From Promethearchaeota archaeon (GTDB taxonomy: Archaea > Asgardarchaeota > Lokiarchaeia > Sigyniarchaeales > SOKP01), in the NCBI GenBank assembly GCA_019058365.1, contig JAHPZE010000005.1, positions 160,001 to 224,000 of the forward strand: a DNA stretch of 64,000 nt, written 5' to 3'. The number at the start of each line of letters is the position of its first letter. Positions within the stretch are counted from its first letter, which is position 1. A program made the position numbers and the translations under genes. Below the pieces are notes generated by a model that was not told the DNA's origin, did no database searches, and saw nothing but the letters and a program-made list of their open reading frames with translations. Positions 60,150 through 64,000 of this stretch are shown piece after piece.

Positions 60150-61868
60150 ATGGAAATTGATGAAGAGTTAAGAGCCAATACTAACGTAGCATATATCTCT
60201 ATGGAGATTGCTATTGATAGTAACATTCCTACATATTCTGGAGGATTAGGTGTATTGTCGGGAGATACTGTAAGGTCAGCTGCAGATCTAGAAATTCCCA
60301 TGGTTGGCATTTGTTTGTGTTACAGTTCTGGATATTTTTATCAATTTTTTAATGAATTTGGTGAACAAAAAGAGAAGGAAATTGCGTGGAATTTCTATTA
60401 TGAATTTGATAAAGTAGAAAAACCAATTACGGTTAAAATTGAAAATAAGGACGTTCTTGTAAGTGCTTGGCTTTATCGTGTGATTGGTCAATCGGGTCAT
60501 ATCCTTCCGATTTATCTTTTAACTACTGATGTTGAGGGTAATGAAGAATGGATGAAAAAAATGACTGGCTCTTTATATGATAGTACGAGTCGTTGGAATC
60601 GAATAGTCCAAGAAATGATCTTAGGGATTGGAGGAGTTAAGCTTTTAAAATCTTTGGGATATAATAACATTGAAACTTATCACCTTAATGAAGGTCATGG
60701 TTCGTTTTCAACTCTTGAATTGTATAACGAATTAGGTAATATTGAAAAAGTAAAAGAAAAATTTGCTTTTACAACACACACCCCAGTTCCGGCTGGTCAT
60801 GATCGATTTAAGAACGATTTAGTTAAAAAAGTATTTGAAAATAGAATGCCTTCTGAAATTCAAAAACTTGCAGATGACAATGGAGAATTCAATATGACTT
60901 TTCTTGGTATGGCTCTTTCTAGGTACAGAAATGCTGTTGCGAAAAAACATGGTGATATCTCAAGGAAGATGTTCCCTCAATATGAAATTGATTATATTAC
61001 TAATGGCGTTCACTTACCTTTTTGGGTTTCTAAACCTCTTCGAAAAATGTTTGGAAGAAAATGGCCCAATTGGCGGGCAAATCCCTCTGTGCTCGAGAAT
61101 GCAATAGAACTAGATGACTTAGATCTTTTTGATGCTCATATTGAGAACAAATTCAATCTCATTAATTATCAAAAAGGTCATAGTTGGAACTTGCTTGACG
61201 AAGAATTAATAACAATTGGTTTTGCGAGACGTTTCGCGACTTACAAGAGAGCAACACTCATATTTCATGATATTGATAGACTAGGTAAAATCTGTAAAAA
61301 TAGGGTTCAATTTATTTTCGCCGGAAAAGCTCATCCAAAAGACCAAATGGGAAAAGATTATATTAAAGAAATTCACGAATCAGGAGAATACTTATATAAT
61401 AATTATGGTGTAAAAGTTGTAATGATGGAAAATTATAATATGGATCTCGCTCATATGCTTGTATCTGGAGTAGATATCTGGCTTAATACACCTAATAGAT
61501 ATCGTGAAGCTAGCGGTACTAGTGGGATGAAGGCTGCATTAAACGGTGTTCCTAATTTTAGTGTTCTAGATGGTTGGTGGTTAGAAGGTTACAAGATGAA
61601 CGCACTCTCTGGTTGGGCTATTGGTCCTGATGATTCAAATCCTAATGACCCTGGTGTTTCAAATGACTGGGACATTGATTCTAATGCACTCTATGAAACA
61701 CTAGAGAACGAAATTTTACCTACATATCTAAACCACGATGAATGGATCTTTAGACAGAAAAACGCAATATCATTAGCTGCATATTTTAATACACATAGAA
61801 TGATAATGGAATATGCTGATCGTGCTTATCGTTTAAGAAGGCAAAGACCTTGGAAATATATTAAATAA
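60150..61868 (+). CDS. glgP: Alpha-glucan phosphorylase
   Basis: YSGGLGVLSGD, HLNEGH, TTHTP, TNGVH, ARRFATYKR, EASGTSGMKA, DGWW. Confidence 0.96.
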   Translation: MEIDEELRANTNVAYISMEIAIDSNIPTYSGGLGVLSGDTVRSAADLEIPMVGICLCYSSGYFYQFFNEFGEQKEKEIAWNFYYEFDKVEKPITVKIENKDVLVSAWLYRVIGQSGHILPIYLLTTDVEGNEEWMKKMTGSLYDSTSRWNRIVQEMILGIGGVKLLKSLGYNNIETYHLNEGHGSFSTLELYNELGNIEKVKEKFAFTTHTPVPAGHDRFKNDLVKKVFENRMPSEIQKLADDNGEFNMTFLGMALSRYRNAVAKKHGDISRKMFPQYEIDYITNGVHLPFWVSKPLRKMFGRKWPNWRANPSVLENAIELDDLDLFDAHIENKFNLINYQKGHSWNLLDEELITIGFARRFATYKRATLIFHDIDRLGKICKNRVQFIFAGKAHPKDQMGKDYIKEIHESGEYLYNNYGVKVVMMENYNMDLAHMLVSGVDIWLNTPNRYREASGTSGMKAALNGVPNFSVLDGWWLEGYKMNALSGWAIGPDDSNPNDPGVSNDWDIDSNALYETLENEILPTYLNHDEWIFRQKNAISLAAYFNTHRMIMEYADRAYRLRRQRPWKYIK

Positions 61869-61909
61869 TCCTTTTTAATTTTTCTTTTTTTGTTTATTTG
61901 GGCAAAAAT

Positions 61910-62437
61910 TTAAAGAGATTTATTACAATCAGTTAACTTAAAAGGACGGATTTTGATATAATCGTTGAATCTTTTTTGATTTGTGAAGTCTTCCAGAACT
62001 TGCTTTAAAATTGTTTCTAAGGTATCTATGCCTGAAATTAACCCTTCCATATTACGTGAAAGGAGTAACGTAAAATCTGTATTTGATTCAAGATAAAAAC
62101 AACCAGGATTTAATTCAATATTTAAATTGGGTTCGATAATTTCATTGGTTTTTTTTATTATATTAGAGATAGTGAATAGAATTATCAAAAATTTTTTCGA
62201 ATAGTCTTCTTTTAAATAGGAGTCTCTGATACCAGCAGCTTGTAACGGTACATTAGTATACGATTTGATTAAATATTGGAGTCGATTGAGTTCTTTTCTA
62301 AATTTATTTTTATTATGATAAAAAATAAATTCACTAGTCAATTTTAAAGGTTCTTTATCGAGATATGTAATTTTAAGAGGAGATTTTTCAAACTTAAATT
62401 CTTTGAGAAAATTAGACATTTTACTAAACGTATACAA
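61910..62437 (-). CDS. Stand-alone GH20 domain-2-like (zincin-like) protein
   Basis: GCFYLES...LLSRNMEGLISGIDTL..IL.Q...IRPFKLTD ends where the GH20 catalytic barrel would begin. Confidence 0.5.
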   Translation of the reverse strand: MYTFSKMSNFLKEFKFEKSPLKITYLDKEPLKLTSEFIFYHNKNKFRKELNRLQYLIKSYTNVPLQAAGIRDSYLKEDYSKKFLIILFTISNIIKKTNEIIEPNLNIELNPGCFYLESNTDFTLLLSRNMEGLISGIDTLETILKQVLEDFTNQKRFNDYIKIRPFKLTDCNKSL

Positions 62438-62526
62438 TAGTATTATTTAATTATAGATAATTTCATTTACTAAAAAAACTTCATGATTTTAGATTTTAAG
62501 TAAAAATCGAGATAAACTTTGGATTT

Positions 62527-63522
62527 ATGAAGCTGGGATCACTTAATTTAGAGAATAGATATATTTTAGCCCCAATGCTAAATGTAACTACAAGTCCTTA
62601 TAGAAGATTTTGTAGGTATTTTTTTAATATTGGCTTAGTTAGTTGCCCTATGATATATACAAAAAGAATTGCAAAAAATCCGGAATCTGTAGAAAAAGAT
62701 TTATTCAAGATTGAAGAAGAGAATCCTATTAGTGTGCAGTTAATTGGTTCTGATTTAGAAGCTCTCAAAAAAACTATAGACTATCTTGAAAGCTATAAGT
62801 TTGATGTATTAGATTTAAACGCAGGATGTCCATCTAAAAGAGCAATTAAAGCCAAAGAAGGTGGATATTTAATGAAAGACTTGAAGAATCTAAAAATACT
62901 AATCCAAATCGCGGTAAAATACTCTGCGAAGCCAATTTCCCTTAAAATCAGAACTGGATATGAAAAACCTTTTAATATTAAAGAGATGGCAAAATTGGTA
63001 AATGATTCTGGATTAGATTTTATAATTATTCATGCTAGATTAGTAAAAAGTAATTTTTCTAAGGGAACCTTAGATTTAGAGACTGTAAAGGAATTAAAAG
63101 AGAGTATAACAATTCCCTTGGTTGGAAATGGTGACATTATCAATCCTATTAGTGCTAAACATTTTATAGATTATACTAATGTTGATGCGTTTATGATTGG
63201 TAGAGAATCCATGGGACATCCAGAGATTTTTAAGCAAATTAATGAGTATTTAGTAAATAATAAGATGGTATCCTTTAAAAGTAATAGAAAAACAATGGAA
63301 AAGTATTTTAAAATTTATGAGAATATCATTGATGAGTTCCTTGATGGAATATCACACCCATTAGATAATGAAGAAATTAAATTTATAGAATTAAAAAGAA
63401 ATGCAATATGGTTATCAAAAAATATTGATAAATCAACTAATATTAGAAATCAACTAAGCAAAACTAAAAATCTTATTCAACTTAAAGAGATTTTAGGCAA
63501 CTTTTTTAGTTTTAAATCTTAA
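62527..63522 (+). CDS. dus: tRNA-dihydrouridine synthase
   Basis: LAPML, VQLIG, DLNAGCP, KIRTG, IHAR, GNGDI, MIGR. Confidence 0.93.
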   Translation: MKLGSLNLENRYILAPMLNVTTSPYRRFCRYFFNIGLVSCPMIYTKRIAKNPESVEKDLFKIEEENPISVQLIGSDLEALKKTIDYLESYKFDVLDLNAGCPSKRAIKAKEGGYLMKDLKNLKILIQIAVKYSAKPISLKIRTGYEKPFNIKEMAKLVNDSGLDFIIIHARLVKSNFSKGTLDLETVKELKESITIPLVGNGDIINPISAKHFIDYTNVDAFMIGRESMGHPEIFKQINEYLVNNKMVSFKSNRKTMEKYFKIYENIIDEFLDGISHPLDNEEIKFIELKRNAIWLSKNIDKSTNIRNQLSKTKNLIQLKEILGNFFSFKS

Positions 63523-63549
63523 AAAAAAAATTAATTTTTTAAGATTATT

Positions 63550-63777
63550 TTAGATTTTTTTAATAAAATATAAAGCAATCAATAGACATGCTAAAATTCC
63601 GCCTATTATAGAAGAAACAATTAAAATCAAACTAATAATTTCAATAGCAGATAAAAACAGGGGACTTCCAGTATAATATGCATTTGCCACTACTGAAATA
63701 ATAATAAATATTAATAGACATAAAATTGTTAAAACGATACAAAGTAAACCAATTTGAAGATACTTCTTTCTTTCCAT
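63550..63777 (-). CDS. Small two-TM membrane protein
   Basis: Two hydrophobic helices. Confidence 0.55.
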   Translation of the reverse strand: MERKKYLQIGLLCIVLTILCLLIFIIISVVANAYYTGSPLFLSAIEIISLILIVSSIIGGILACLLIALYFIKKI

Positions 63778-63821
63778 TAAATAAACCTAAGAAAATGTGT
63801 AAAGAAAATAATTTTGTATAA

Positions 63822-64000
63822 TTATTTATACTTTTTTAAAAGTTCTTCAGGGGTATAAACGCCATCCTCAGTAATTATTCCTGTTACAAGTCTGAAAGGA
63901 GTAATATCAAATGCATAATTCAAGCACTCTACTCCATTCGGAACAATTTGAAGCTTTCCAAGAATATTACTGACTTCTGAACTGTCTCTTTGTTCGATGG
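63822..64000 (-). CDS. mtnA: Methylthioribose-1-phosphate isomerase / eIF-2B-like protein, C-terminal part (5' end outside window)
   Basis: Manual translation IEQRDSSEV...LNYAFDITPFRLVTGIITEDG. Confidence 0.85.
   Translation of the reverse strand, partial: IEQRDSSEVSNILGKLQIVPNGVECLNYAFDITPFRLVTGIITEDGVYTPEELLKKYK

Noticed and set aside
2478-61107. Short ORFs nested in or antisense to long genes (e.g. 2478-2723, 25629-25940, 28359-28889, 32819-33142, 57003-57245, 60904-61107)
   Set aside because: Shadow frames of well-supported genes, with no motifs of their own.
1-64000. CRISPR array or cas genes
   Set aside because: No regularly spaced repeat-spacer series and no Cas motifs seen; the 60-bp repeat has only two copies.

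Overview
Very AT-rich archaeal DNA whose gene content points to an Asgard archaeon, most likely Lokiarchaeia. Supporting genes are uS15/eS1, a Rab-like GTPase, an ESCRT-III/Vps4/Vps25/Vps22-36 cluster, several longin-like proteins, NIP7 and NOP2/Sun. Core regions (1-31 kb and 45-64 kb) carry housekeeping, nickel-pincer (nikR, larC, larB) and carbohydrate genes. They also hold tRNA-Val(GAC), an intron-containing tRNA-Gly(GCC), and a small rearranged MNT-HEPN locus bounded by a 60-bp direct repeat. A ~14-kb integrated, partly decayed element (about 31036-44991) sits between the ESCRT-II gene and nip7. It ends in a tyrosine integrase and is bounded by two inverted, quasi-palindromic 27-bp sites (24/27 identical) rather than a tRNA att duplication. 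Its intact cargo looks defence-related: a propeptide-less proteasome-beta-like protease, a HEXXH protein, a DUF4145/HEPN protein, and a 935-aa beta-propeller / Roc-like GTPase / winged-helix / Schlafen(AlbA_2) fusion. That fusion is the best candidate here for an undescribed system. A DpnII/MboI-like nuclease and several backbone genes are frameshifted or stop-interrupted. All calls come from reading motifs by eye; no database searches were run.
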